A DNA stretch of 64,000 bases from Dehalococcoidia bacterium. Lineage in GTDB: Bacteria > Chloroflexota > Dehalococcoidia > SM23-28-2 > RBG-16-64-32. Below are positions 22,554-32,120 of this stretch, in pieces. A program made the position numbers and the translations under genes. The stretch is from positions 1,216,001 through 1,280,000 of the forward strand of contig CAXXTF010000002.1 in NCBI GenBank assembly GCA_963665775.2. Reading direction: 5' to 3'. Each line of letters opens with the position of its first letter. Within the stretch, counting starts at the first letter, position 1. Under the pieces are notes generated by a model. That model was not told where the DNA came from. It was given only the letters and a program-made list of their open reading frames with translations, and ran no database searches.

Positions 22554-23407
22554 GCCTCCGCCGAAAGATCTCCCAGGAAACCGAAATTGAACAGGCTGTT
22601 CAGATTGATCAGGCTGTTGGTGAAGATGAGGATGCCCACGATGATCAGCAGGGCACCGCTGACGTAATTGACCACACCCATATAGCGCTTGGCCCGGAGG
22701 TAGATGGGCTTAACGCTGCTGTAGGCCACTCCCATCGCCAGGAAGGGGATGGCAAGCCCCACCGAGTAGGCGAGCAGCAGGATTCCAGCCTGGGCCACGG
22801 TGCCGCTGGAGATGGCCAGGGCCAGGATCGCTCCCAGGGTGGGCCCGATGCAAGGGCTCCAGCCAGCCGAGAAGGCCGACCCCACCAGAAAGGAGCGGCC
22901 GTATCCCACCTTCCCCCCAGTGCCGACATCCAGTCGCCGTTCCGTATCCATGAAGGGTATGGTTATCACCTTGGCGAGGTGAAGGCCGAGGACTATCAGC
23001 AGGCCACCAGCCACCTTCAGGATGAGGTCCTGCTGATCCCGCAGGAAGAAGCCGATAATGCCCAGCGATATCCCAAACAGAACGAACACGAGCGAGAAGC
23101 CGCTGACGAAGCTGAGGGAGTGCAAGAAGGGCGAAGGGGCCGCCACTGCCGTTGAGGCCGGGCCGCCGCCCATGGGTATGGCCACCGCAGCCACGCTGCC
23201 ACCGCCGACCGAGGCCACCGTCGAAGCCGACGCTTGCGTCACGGCCACCGCCGCCGGTTCGCGCGCGGCCGGCCCCTCCAGGGAGACGCCCGTCAGATAG
23301 CCCAGGTAGGCGGGAACCAGGGGCAGAACACAGGGCGAGGCGATCGAGAGGACCCCCGCCAGGAAGGCCACCGCTATGCTGATTCCGCCGATCTCTATAA
23401 TACCCAT
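22550..23407 (-). CDS. ccdA: Cytochrome c biogenesis protein CcdA
   Basis: SPCVLPLVPAYL and GWSPCIGPTL. Confidence 0.92.
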   Translation of the reverse strand: MGIIEIGGISIAVAFLAGVLSIASPCVLPLVPAYLGYLTGVSLEGPAAREPAAVAVTQASASTVASVGGGSVAAVAIPMGGGPASTAVAAPSPFLHSLSFVSGFSLVFVLFGISLGIIGFFLRDQQDLILKVAGGLLIVLGLHLAKVITIPFMDTERRLDVGTGGKVGYGRSFLVGSAFSAGWSPCIGPTLGAILALAISSGTVAQAGILLLAYSVGLAIPFLAMGVAYSSVKPIYLRAKRYMGVVNYVSGALLIIVGILIFTNSLINLNSLFNFGFLGDLSAEA

Positions 23408-23734
23408 GGTTCCAATCGAGTATACGTATCGAAGTCTCCGGAAGGATTGGCGCTCTGCCCTTCACCGGTCGCCCGGAGGTCGTCCGCGGCGCGCGGCCCA
23501 CCCTGGAGCTGCCTAATCCTGAAGCAACTCGGCGAAGCAGAGGCGATCTGCATGACGGCGTACGGCGGCTTGGCTCTCCGCTCGCATTCCCCTACAATGA
23601 TAAAGCTTATCGCCATGGGTAGGAAATGGCTCCGCCGGCCACCCCTACCGTCGCGGGGACCAGCGGCCTACAAGCTCTGTCGCCCACGAACCCCAGCCCG
23701 CCCTCAGAGTGCCCACGGCTGAAGGGGAGAGAAG

Positions 23735-24871
23735 ATGCAAGAGACGGTTTACGCTCAGGTTGCGGGCTGGGGCATGTGCCTTCCCTCTCGGGTCATGACC
23801 AACGAGCAGATCGTCGAGATGGGGCTGGACACTTCCGACGAATGGATTCAGGAGAGGACAGGCATCAAGGAGCGCCGGGTCGTGTCCCCGGGCGAGGCCA
23901 CATCCGATTTAGCCGTCAAGGCCGCCCAGCGGGCGCTCGATGTGGCCAACGTCCGCCCGCCGGACATCGACCTGATCATCGTCGCCACCTGCACACCCGA
24001 CCACCTGATGCCGGCCACCGCCGCCCTCGTGCAGGACCGGCTGGGGGCCAGCAACGCCGGCGCCCTGGACCTCAACGCCGCCTGTAGCGGCTTCACCTAC
24101 GCCCTGGATATGGGAGCATCCCAGATTGAGTCCGGGCGGGCGAAACAGGTGCTGATCGTTGGCGCCGATACCCTCTCCTCCTACCTCAACTGGGAGGACA
24201 GGTCCACGTGTATCCTCTTCGGTGATGGCGCCGGGGCGCTCCTGCTTCAGGCCAGCCAGGAACCGGGCATCCTATCCACCAACCTCGGCTCCGACGGCTC
24301 GGGGGCGGGCCTCATCATCATTCCGGGCGGCGGCTCCCGTCTACCCCCCAACGGCAACCCGGTGAACAGAAGCGACCTCTACATTAAGATGAACGGCCGC
24401 CAGGTCTTCCGCTGGGCCACGCAGATCATGGAGAAGTCGACCACAAAGGCCATTCAGGCCTCTGGATTGACGGCGGACGATATCGATCTGTTTATACCTC
24501 ACCAGGCGAACATCCGGATCATCGAGACCGCCACGAAGCGTCTGGGGCTGGAAATGGATCGAGTCTTCGTTAACCTGGGCAGCTACGGCAACACCAGCGC
24601 CGCCTCCATCCCTATCGCCCTTTGCGAAGCGATAGAGCAGGGAAGGGTCGCGCCCGGGGATAATATCGTGCTTACCAGCTTCGGGTCCGGTCTCTCCTGG
24701 GCAGCCACCGTCATTCACTGGGGGAGCCCGTTACCCGTCCGCCGCTCCCTGTGGCAGCGCTCCAAACAACGGACGCGCCGTCGGATGGCATCCGTCAGAT
24801 CTTTGGCCCGCAGGCAGCGACGACGCGTACGGGCGCTCGTCGAGCGGGCGTTACGGAGAGGCGACGTCTAA
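23735..24871 (+). CDS. fabH: 3-oxoacyl-ACP synthase III with Arg-rich C-terminal tail
   Basis: AACSGF, FGDGAG, PHQAN, YGNTSAAS catalytic triad. Confidence 0.94.
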   Translation: MQETVYAQVAGWGMCLPSRVMTNEQIVEMGLDTSDEWIQERTGIKERRVVSPGEATSDLAVKAAQRALDVANVRPPDIDLIIVATCTPDHLMPATAALVQDRLGASNAGALDLNAACSGFTYALDMGASQIESGRAKQVLIVGADTLSSYLNWEDRSTCILFGDGAGALLLQASQEPGILSTNLGSDGSGAGLIIIPGGGSRLPPNGNPVNRSDLYIKMNGRQVFRWATQIMEKSTTKAIQASGLTADDIDLFIPHQANIRIIETATKRLGLEMDRVFVNLGSYGNTSAASIPIALCEAIEQGRVAPGDNIVLTSFGSGLSWAATVIHWGSPLPVRRSLWQRSKQRTRRRMASVRSLARRQRRRVRALVERALRRGDV

Positions 24872-24958
24872 CAGCGCTCGGCGGCGCCGTTCCGGAGCAA
24901 CAACGGCTTCCGCTGCCCCTGCCTCCTACTCGGCCTCGGAGAGCCTCCGGCCCTCCCG

Positions 24959-25183
24959 CTAGGTGATCTCTCAGCCGTGCTCGCCATCCCAACCGATCTC
25001 GATATCACCATCCGCCCAGATGATAACCGGAACGGTGAAGGCGTACTTCAGCACCTCATCCCACCACTGGGCGTTATCGTCTACCCGCCGCTCCTCGAAG
25101 TCGATGCCGCGCTCGCGCATGGCGGTCATCGCCTTATCGCAGGTAGGACAGCTACGCAGGGTGTAAATGACGACGCTGCTCAA
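24959..25183 (-). CDS. Glutaredoxin-like protein, probable C-terminal selenoprotein (GEHG-U-EIT*)
   Basis: CPTC, TVPVI; TGA at 24971-24973 followed by 3 codons, TAG and a hairpin; the ORF itself is solid, the Sec extension is inferred. Confidence 0.75.
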
Positions 25184-25298
25184 TGACTGGACTCCTCAGC
25201 TCATTCTAGCACTGACAGGCCTTGAACCAAACCCTGGCACTCCATTGACACCCGTTGCTCGTATCCTATGATGAAACCACCGCGTCAGGCGAAAGCAG

Positions 25299-26162
25299 AT
25301 GGCACGAAAAGAGGGTCACAAAGGGAGTACCCCCGGCCCCGTAGCCCTCGTGCTCGGGGCTGGCGGTACCAAAGGCTGGGCCCACGTAGGGGTGCTGAGG
25401 AGCTTGCACGAGGCCGGTGTGCCCATCGACCTCATAGTGGGCGCCAGCGCCGGGGCTCTCATCGGCCCGCTGTACGCGGTGCGGCGCGACGCCGCCGCCA
25501 TGGAGCGCATAGCCCTTAGCTTTACGACCCGCTCGTTCACCGACTGGTTCCTGCACGGGCTCCGCATCGGCCCCGATAGCGGGCGGATGGCGCGACGGCT
25601 GTGGCAGGCGTACGGACGCTACGATTTCCAGGAGATGGCGATCCCCTTCGCCTCCGTGGCCCATGACCTGGCGACAGGCAGACGGCTCGTCCTCCGAGAG
25701 GGTCTGGTCGCCCCGGCGGTGGAGGCGAGCATCCGGCCGCCCATACTGGGCCCACCGACGAGGGCGGACGGGCGCTGGCTGGTAGACGGGGGACTCCAGA
25801 GCGCCGTGCCCACGGACGTGGCCCTCGATCTGGGTGCGGCGGTCGTCATCGCTGTGAACGTAGGTGAGCTCTTCCGGCTGCCTCGGCCAATCCGGCCCCT
25901 CTCGGCGAAGTGGGGACGATCTTTACGGCGCAGGGCCGCCCGGCCCGACGGGCTGGAATGCCAGATCGGGCTCATAGCGGAGATGGTCTCACGGCCCAGG
26001 GTTAGAGAGCCTCGACCGCAGGTGGAGATCCGGCCGGACATGAGGGGGATCACCGCCTTATCGCCCTGGGCAATCGAGCTGGCCGCCGAGAGGGGGGAGG
26101 CGGCGGCGCGGCGGGCGCTGCCGGCCATCGAACGGGCTCTGGCTTCTCTGCGGACGCCCTAA
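25299..26162 (+). CDS. Patatin-like phospholipase
   Basis: GAGGTKG, GASAG (GxSxG), DGG. Confidence 0.9.
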   Translation: MARKEGHKGSTPGPVALVLGAGGTKGWAHVGVLRSLHEAGVPIDLIVGASAGALIGPLYAVRRDAAAMERIALSFTTRSFTDWFLHGLRIGPDSGRMARRLWQAYGRYDFQEMAIPFASVAHDLATGRRLVLREGLVAPAVEASIRPPILGPPTRADGRWLVDGGLQSAVPTDVALDLGAAVVIAVNVGELFRLPRPIRPLSAKWGRSLRRRAARPDGLECQIGLIAEMVSRPRVREPRPQVEIRPDMRGITALSPWAIELAAERGEAAARRALPAIERALASLRTP

Positions 26163-26596
26163 GAGGCGCGGCGCGGCAGGATGACCACCGCCTGGCCCGG
26201 CGTGGTGACCCCCTCCCGCTCGTTCTCCGCCCAGACGTCCAGCTCCACCCACCCCTGGCCGTCGCGCTCGTACCTGTCGGTGACCTTGCCCCGGCAGGCC
26301 ATAGTGTCGCCGGGGCGCTGCTGGCGTCGCATCTCGAAGCGGAGCTTGCGCAGGAACCCCTCGTCCCCCATCCAGTCCGTGATGAGCCGCACCAGAGCCG
26401 CCTGGAGGAAGCCGGTGCTCATGAAGATGTCCGGGTGGCCGGACTTGGCGGCGAAAGCGGGATCGAAGTGCACGGGGTACCAGTCCTGGGAGCCGCTGAC
26501 CTCCAGAAACACCCGCCTGGGGCTGATCTCCAGCGAGAAGCCGGACAGCTCCTGACCTACCGCCACGTCCTCCCAATACGGCTGCGGCCGCTTCAC
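26159..26596 (-). CDS. MaoC-type (hotdog) dehydratase
   Basis: DWYPVHFDPAFA, PGDTM. Confidence 0.85.
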   Translation of the reverse strand: MKRPQPYWEDVAVGQELSGFSLEISPRRVFLEVSGSQDWYPVHFDPAFAAKSGHPDIFMSTGFLQAALVRLITDWMGDEGFLRKLRFEMRRQQRPGDTMACRGKVTDRYERDGQGWVELDVWAENEREGVTTPGQAVVILPRRAS

Positions 26597-27138
26597 TGAG
26601 GGGCCTCTTCCTGCCGGTCCCGGGCCGCCGCAACCTCATCCGGCGTGCGATGCATCAGCATGGTGTTGCGAATGATGCATACGGTCTCGTCCCGCTGGTC
26701 AGTGATGATCGCCTCGGCCACGATCCACACCGCCTCGGGGTCCAGCGACACCGCCTTCTGGTAGATGTCGGCCACGCGGCGACGCACCGATAGCTGATCG
26801 CCCACCTTGATCCGGGCGAACCACTCTAGCTCCTGGCTCATGTTGGCGATGCGCTTGCCGGGGGTGGGAACGATGGGGAACATAGGCTCGAAGACGGCCG
26901 GCCAGGGGCCCCGGCTGGCGAAGTACATAGCCAACCAGCCGGAGGGGGGACAGAGAACGGCCCCGTGGGAGGTCGTCTTCGTGTACTCCGGGTCCAGAAA
27001 GAGGGGGTTGTTGTCGTCCACCATGTGGCAGTGGCGGCGGATGGGGTCGTGCTCCACCGGATAGCGTCCCCGGACCGGCGCCGTCTCGAAGCCGATGTAC
27101 TTCTGCCGGACAGCCTCGATATCGTACTCGCTGGTCAC
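26593..27138 (-). CDS. MaoC dehydratase partner subunit (N-terminal-type hotdog)
   Basis: DDNNPLFLD, CPP, QELEWF, VGD; overlaps its partner. Confidence 0.82.
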   Translation of the reverse strand: MTSEYDIEAVRQKYIGFETAPVRGRYPVEHDPIRRHCHMVDDNNPLFLDPEYTKTTSHGAVLCPPSGWLAMYFASRGPWPAVFEPMFPIVPTPGKRIANMSQELEWFARIKVGDQLSVRRRVADIYQKAVSLDPEAVWIVAEAIITDQRDETVCIIRNTMLMHRTPDEVAAARDRQEEAPQ

Positions 27139-27980
27139 GTTGACCTTCCACGGCTACCGACTGGGCGGACCCGGGGCAGGAAGGCGCCGAGCACACGGTT
27201 GAACTCGTCGGCCTGCTCCACCTGGGGCGAGTGGCCCCCACCCGCGATGATCGCCAGCTCGCTCCCAGGGATGCGCTCATGCATGCGGTGAGAGGGCCCG
27301 AGGTACGCCTCATCATCCTCGCCACACAGGATGAGGGTCGGCGCCGATATGGCGTGCACATCGTCCAGAAGCGACTCTCGGTTGGAGATGGCGTCGGCGC
27401 AGTAAACGTACGCCTCCCGGGAAGTGAGCAGGAACTGCCGGCGCCACGCTTCGAAAGCATCAGGCTCCGCCCGCAGCTCGGCAGCCAGGGGATCGCTACG
27501 GATCAGCTCCTGGAAGACAGCCTCCAGCCCCCGCTCGTGGGCGATCCGGGCCAATCGAGCTCGCCGCTCGTTGTCCATCTCGTCGGACACCACCTCGGCC
27601 GCCGTATCGACCAAGACGAGGGCACGAAACGGATCGGGGTGGGCCAGGATCAGGCGTTGGGCTATCATGCCGCCCATGGAGTGGCCGATGAGGCAGCACT
27701 GGTCCAGGCTCAGCCGCTCCACCAGGCGGTACACGTCCTCCGCCATGAGCCCCAGGGTATACTCCTCGGGCCGTGTGGGCTTCTCCGAATCGCCGTGGCC
27801 CCGCAGGTCCAGGAGGATGGCGCGATAGCCCTGGCTCAGCACGACGGGAATCTGCAGGTCCCAGTTGCGCAGGTTGCCGGTGTAACCGTGGACGAAGACG
27901 ATGGGAAAGCCCTCGCCGACATCCAAGTGGTGCAGATCGAGGCTGTTGACTCCGGCGTGCGGCACGAGTTCCCCTCCCAA
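27135..27980 (-). CDS. Alpha/beta hydrolase
   Basis: VHGYTG, DLRGHGDS, GHSMGG, GHSPQ; start may be the GTG near 27965. Confidence 0.9.
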   Translation of the reverse strand: MGGELVPHAGVNSLDLHHLDVGEGFPIVFVHGYTGNLRNWDLQIPVVLSQGYRAILLDLRGHGDSEKPTRPEEYTLGLMAEDVYRLVERLSLDQCCLIGHSMGGMIAQRLILAHPDPFRALVLVDTAAEVVSDEMDNERRARLARIAHERGLEAVFQELIRSDPLAAELRAEPDAFEAWRRQFLLTSREAYVYCADAISNRESLLDDVHAISAPTLILCGEDDEAYLGPSHRMHERIPGSELAIIAGGGHSPQVEQADEFNRVLGAFLPRVRPVGSRGRST

Positions 27981-28137
27981 AGTAGAGAGAGTATAACATA
28001 GGCACTAGACACGACCGCCGGGCCGCCGAGATCGTCGCTCCCGTCCCTTCTGATATTGACAGCGCAACAAGGCGAGCGATAACGTTAAAGGCGACCCAGA
28101 ACACCACCCCCGAACCGCAGTACAAGGGAGTAACCCC

Positions 28138-28605
28138 CTGAAACTTCTTCTGACCCACCCCGAGAAGTGCGTTGCCTGCCACTTGTGCGAGGGGGCCTGC
28201 TCATTCCGGCACGAGGGGGCCTTCCAGCCGGCCAACAGCCGTATCTTCGTGAACGACCTCGTGGATCAAGCCATCTACGTCCCCGTGGCCTGTTTCCACT
28301 GCCGGGACGCCCCCTGCCTGAGCAACTGCCCCACCTACGCCATTACGCGCGATCCAACCACGGGGCAAGTCACGGTCAACGACGACCGATGCATCGGCTG
28401 CAAGATGTGCCTGGTGGCCTGCCCCTTCAGCGTCATGGGGTTCCACACGGAGAAGAACGTCTCCCAGAACTGCGACCTCTGCGGGGGCGACCCCCAATGC
28501 GTCAAGGTCTGCACCTACGACGCTCTGGAGTACGCGGAGGTGGAGCCCATCGAATGGATGACCAGGCTGGACCAGGCGGAGCGTCCGGCGGCAGCGGCGG
28601 GCTAG
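28138..28605 (+). CDS. 4x[4Fe-4S] ferredoxin subunit of AOR, CTG start
   Basis: 16 Cys in four clusters; the first cluster (CVACHLCEGAC) needs a start at CTG 28138 after GGGAG. Confidence 0.88.
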   Translation: MKLLLTHPEKCVACHLCEGACSFRHEGAFQPANSRIFVNDLVDQAIYVPVACFHCRDAPCLSNCPTYAITRDPTTGQVTVNDDRCIGCKMCLVACPFSVMGFHTEKNVSQNCDLCGGDPQCVKVCTYDALEYAEVEPIEWMTRLDQAERPAAAAG

Positions 28606-28613
28606 GGGAACCG

Positions 28614-30440
28614 ATGTCGTACGGATGGACGGGGCTGATGCTGCGGGTGAACCTGACGGCGCGCTCCATAGAGAGGGAGCCCCTGAACATGGACTGGGCT
28701 CGCCAGTACATCGGCGGGCGCGGCCTGGGCACCCGCTATCTGTACGAGGAGATCGACCCCGGCTGCGACGCGCTGGGGCCGGAGAACAAGGTGATCTTCG
28801 CTACCGGCCCCCTTACGGGCACCTACGCCCCTACCGGCGGACGCTACATGGTTCTCTGCAAGAGCCCCCTCACGGGGGCTATCGCCTGCTCCAACGCGGG
28901 CGGCTACTGGGGGCCCGAGCTGAAGTTCGCCGGGTACGACCTGCTAATCCTGGAGGGCCGCGCCTCCAAACCCGTATACCTCTGGGTCCACAACAGCCGG
29001 GTGGAGATCCGCGACGCCTCCCACGTATGGGGCAAGCACACCGAGGAGACCGAGGACGTCCTGCGGGCCGAGACCGACCCCCAGGCCCGTGTCGCCAGCA
29101 TCGGCCCGGCCGGGGAGAACCTGAGCCGCCTGGCCGCCGTCATCAACGATAAATCTAGGGCAGCTGGACGGTCCGGCGTGGGCGCGGCCCTCGGCTCGAA
29201 GAACCTCAAGGCGATCGTCGTACGGGGGACGGGAGCCATTAAGGTGGCGGAGGCGGGGAAATTCTCGGAGTTGGTCCTCGACGCGATGGCGGGCATCAGT
29301 CAGTCGTCCCCCGCGGCCAACGCCCTCCGCGTCCTGGGCACGCCCTCTACAGTCGGCTTCACCAACTCCGTGGGCATCCTGCCCACTAACAACTTCCAGG
29401 CCGGCCGCTTCGAGGCGGCCGACGCCATCAGCGGCCCTACCATCGCCAACACAGTGCTCGTACGTACCAAGGGGTGCTACTCCTGCCCCATCGGCTGCGC
29501 TCGCGTAACGGAGATCCGCGATCAGGGGTCAAAATGGCAGGGCCATGGTCAAGGCCCGGAGTACGAAACGATCTTCGGCCTGGGCAGCGACTGCGGCGTG
29601 GGCGATCTGAACGCCGTACTGTACGCCAACTACCTGTGCAACCTGTACGCCGTGGACACCATCTCCGCCGGCGGCACCATCGCCACGGCCATGGAGCTGG
29701 CGGAGCGGGGCTACATCCCCGAGGACGATCTGGCGGAGGTGGGCACAGCACTCAAGTTCGGTAACCCCGACGCCGTCATACGATGCCTGGAGATGATGTC
29801 CTATCGCCAGGGCGCGTTCGGAGACCTCCTGGCCGAGGGCGGCTACCGGCTGGCGCAGCACTACGGCCACCCGGAGCTGTTTATGGGCTCCAAGAAACAA
29901 GAATTCGCCGCCTACGACCCGCGAGGGGCGAAAGGAATGGGGCTGGGATACGCTACCTCCAGCCGGGGCGCCTGTCACCTGCGGGGCTACTCCATGGACG
30001 TAGAGTGGTTCGCGCCGCGGGAGTCACGCCTGGACCCCTTCAGCATCGAGGGGAAAGCGGAAGCCACGAAGGGGCTCCAGGACAAGGCGGCCAGCGAAGA
30101 CGCCTCCGGCATTTGCACCTTCACCAGGTCTGTGGTCACACCGGAGAAGCTGGCGCCGATGTACGCCGCCGCCACCGGCGAGAGCGTCAGCCCCGAGGAG
30201 TGGCTCACCATTGGCGAACGTATCTGGAACCTGGAGCGGCTGTTCAACAACCGCGCCGGCCTCAGCCGCGAGGACGATACGCTGCCACCGCGCATGACCA
30301 GCGAGCCGCTCACCGGCGGCACCGTTCAGGGCCAGGTGGTGGAGCTGGCCCCTATGCTGGAGGAGTACTACCGCGTCCGCGGCTGGGACGTCGACGGCAG
30401 GCCCAGGCCGGAGACCCTGACCCGCCTGGGCCTGGCATAG
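28614..30440 (+). CDS. aor: Tungsten-containing aldehyde:ferredoxin oxidoreductase
   Basis: YIGGRGLG, KSPLTG, IGPAGENL, AAGRSG, CYSCPIGC, GPEYET, RGACH, DDTLPPR. Confidence 0.95.
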   Translation: MSYGWTGLMLRVNLTARSIEREPLNMDWARQYIGGRGLGTRYLYEEIDPGCDALGPENKVIFATGPLTGTYAPTGGRYMVLCKSPLTGAIACSNAGGYWGPELKFAGYDLLILEGRASKPVYLWVHNSRVEIRDASHVWGKHTEETEDVLRAETDPQARVASIGPAGENLSRLAAVINDKSRAAGRSGVGAALGSKNLKAIVVRGTGAIKVAEAGKFSELVLDAMAGISQSSPAANALRVLGTPSTVGFTNSVGILPTNNFQAGRFEAADAISGPTIANTVLVRTKGCYSCPIGCARVTEIRDQGSKWQGHGQGPEYETIFGLGSDCGVGDLNAVLYANYLCNLYAVDTISAGGTIATAMELAERGYIPEDDLAEVGTALKFGNPDAVIRCLEMMSYRQGAFGDLLAEGGYRLAQHYGHPELFMGSKKQEFAAYDPRGAKGMGLGYATSSRGACHLRGYSMDVEWFAPRESRLDPFSIEGKAEATKGLQDKAASEDASGICTFTRSVVTPEKLAPMYAAATGESVSPEEWLTIGERIWNLERLFNNRAGLSREDDTLPPRMTSEPLTGGTVQGQVVELAPMLEEYYRVRGWDVDGRPRPETLTRLGLA

Positions 30441-30444
30441 CCAC

Positions 30445-31701
30445 ATGACCCACTACGTGATCCTGGGGAACAGCGCCGCCGGCCTCACTGCTCTCGATGC
30501 CATCCGGCAGCGGGACAAGGCCGGGCCCATCACCGTCATTTCCAGAGAAGCGGACCCGGCCTACTCTCGCGTCGCCCTTCCCTACATCCTCTCGCGCGAG
30601 AAGGAGCTGCGGCAGGTCACCCTTCGCGAGGAGGAATACTACAAGGCGAATAGGATCGAGCTGATCAGTGGCGTCGGCGCTCATGGGTTGGACAGCCGAG
30701 AGAAGGCTGTCCGACTGGAGGACGGCCGCAGCCTCCCCTACGACAAGCTGCTCATCGCTACCGGCTCGCTGCCCCAGGTGCCGCCGGTGCCTGGGATCGA
30801 GGAGGCCGATGTCTGCTATCACTGGACATTGGCCGACACACGGCTGATCGAGGCGAAGGCGCGGCAGGCGAAGAGCTGCTTCGTCATCGGGGCCGGATTC
30901 ATCAGCCTACTCACCCTTAGCGCCCTGGCCAAGGTGGCCGACCTGAAGTACACCATGGTGGAGGTTGCCGACCAGGTCATGCCGCAGCTCCTGGACCGGC
31001 AGGCCGGCCAGACCCTGGAGCGAGTCATCCGCGAGAAGGGGATCGAGCTGAGGTTAGGCGACCAGCCCTCCGCCATCGAGCGGCGCCGCGATGGCGGCTA
31101 TGAGATCTTCCTCGAGAGCGGAAAGGCCTTAGGCGCCGACATGATCATTTGTGGTGCCGGCGTGCGGCCCAACATCGACTTTCTGGAAGGCTCGGCCCTG
31201 GAGATCGACCGCGGCGTCCTCACGAACGAGCGCCAGGAGACGAACCTGCCCGATGTCTACGCCGCCGGGGACTGTGCCGAGGGGTTCGATTTCCTTTCGG
31301 GTCGGCGAGCGGTCCACGCCATCTGGCCCACGGCCATCGACCAGGGAAGGGTGGCCGGCGCCAACATGGCCGGCGACCACCAGACCTACCCAGGCAGCCT
31401 CAGCTGGAACGTCAGCGAGCTGTTCGGCCTCGCCTGCGCCTCCCTCGGCGAGTTCCGTACCGGCGAGAGTCTGGAGCCCCTCGTCTTCCAGAACGCCAGC
31501 GCCAACCTGTACCGCAAACTCCTTTTGGCGGACGGCCGCATCGCGGGGGCTGTGGTTATCGGCGGTCCCGAGCACATCCAGGAGCTGGGCGTCGTACAGG
31601 CGATGATTCGGCGCCGGACGGACGTCTCCCGCTGGCGTCACCTGCTGGGGGGTGAGCAGATCAATTACGCCATGATGGCCTATGAAAGCCTGAAGCGGTA
31701 G
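30445..31701 (+). CDS. FAD/NAD-dependent oxidoreductase (AorC-like)
   Basis: GNSAAG, YSR, ATGS, GAGFI, YAAGDCAE. Confidence 0.9.
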   Translation: MTHYVILGNSAAGLTALDAIRQRDKAGPITVISREADPAYSRVALPYILSREKELRQVTLREEEYYKANRIELISGVGAHGLDSREKAVRLEDGRSLPYDKLLIATGSLPQVPPVPGIEEADVCYHWTLADTRLIEAKARQAKSCFVIGAGFISLLTLSALAKVADLKYTMVEVADQVMPQLLDRQAGQTLERVIREKGIELRLGDQPSAIERRRDGGYEIFLESGKALGADMIICGAGVRPNIDFLEGSALEIDRGVLTNERQETNLPDVYAAGDCAEGFDFLSGRRAVHAIWPTAIDQGRVAGANMAGDHQTYPGSLSWNVSELFGLACASLGEFRTGESLEPLVFQNASANLYRKLLLADGRIAGAVVIGGPEHIQELGVVQAMIRRRTDVSRWRHLLGGEQINYAMMAYESLKR

Positions 31702-31708
31702 AGGGCGC

Positions 31709-31942
31709 ATGCGGATCAAGGTGGAACTCCAGGCCTATCTGGACCAGTACTCGCCCAGCGGGCAGCCCGGCTTCGAGCGCGATCTCCCCGAAGGCGCCAC
31801 AGTGGGTCAGCTCATCCGCTCCCTGGGCATGCCCGAGGAGATGGCCTGCGTCATCATCGTGAACGACGCCAGCACCGGGCCCGAACACCCGCTGGCGGAG
31901 GGCGATCGGGTGACTATGCTCCCCGCCCTGGCCGGCGGTTAG
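31709..31942 (+). CDS. MoaD/ThiS sulfur-carrier protein
   Basis: Ubiquitin-like size, LAEGDRV, C-terminal GG. Confidence 0.9.
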   Translation: MRIKVELQAYLDQYSPSGQPGFERDLPEGATVGQLIRSLGMPEEMACVIIVNDASTGPEHPLAEGDRVTMLPALAGG

Positions 31943-32057
31943 CGCGCCGTTAACCAGCCACCAACCGGTGGCCGAGCGCATCCGTCAGCCCGCCGCCCGT
32001 ATCCTTGACCCATCCCCCTGATCGATATAATGCATCCTCCTTTTCGCCATCTTAGGA

Positions 32058-32106
32058 TTGACAACGAAGTGCAGCAGCATTAAGATGTTCTTGCAACTAA
32101 TTGCAA
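32058..32106 (+). promoter_or_regulatory. Promoter and Fur-family operator
   Basis: TTGACA (32058)-17-TAAGAT (32081); TTGCAA-ctaa-TTGCAA at 32091-32106. Confidence 0.7.
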
Positions 32107-32120
32107 CTAGCACCTGAAAA

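Noticed and set aside
28167-28613. 757-aa AOR with long N-terminal extension
   Set aside because: Extension overlaps the ferredoxin gene in another frame; AOR starts at ATG 28614 (MSYGWTG)
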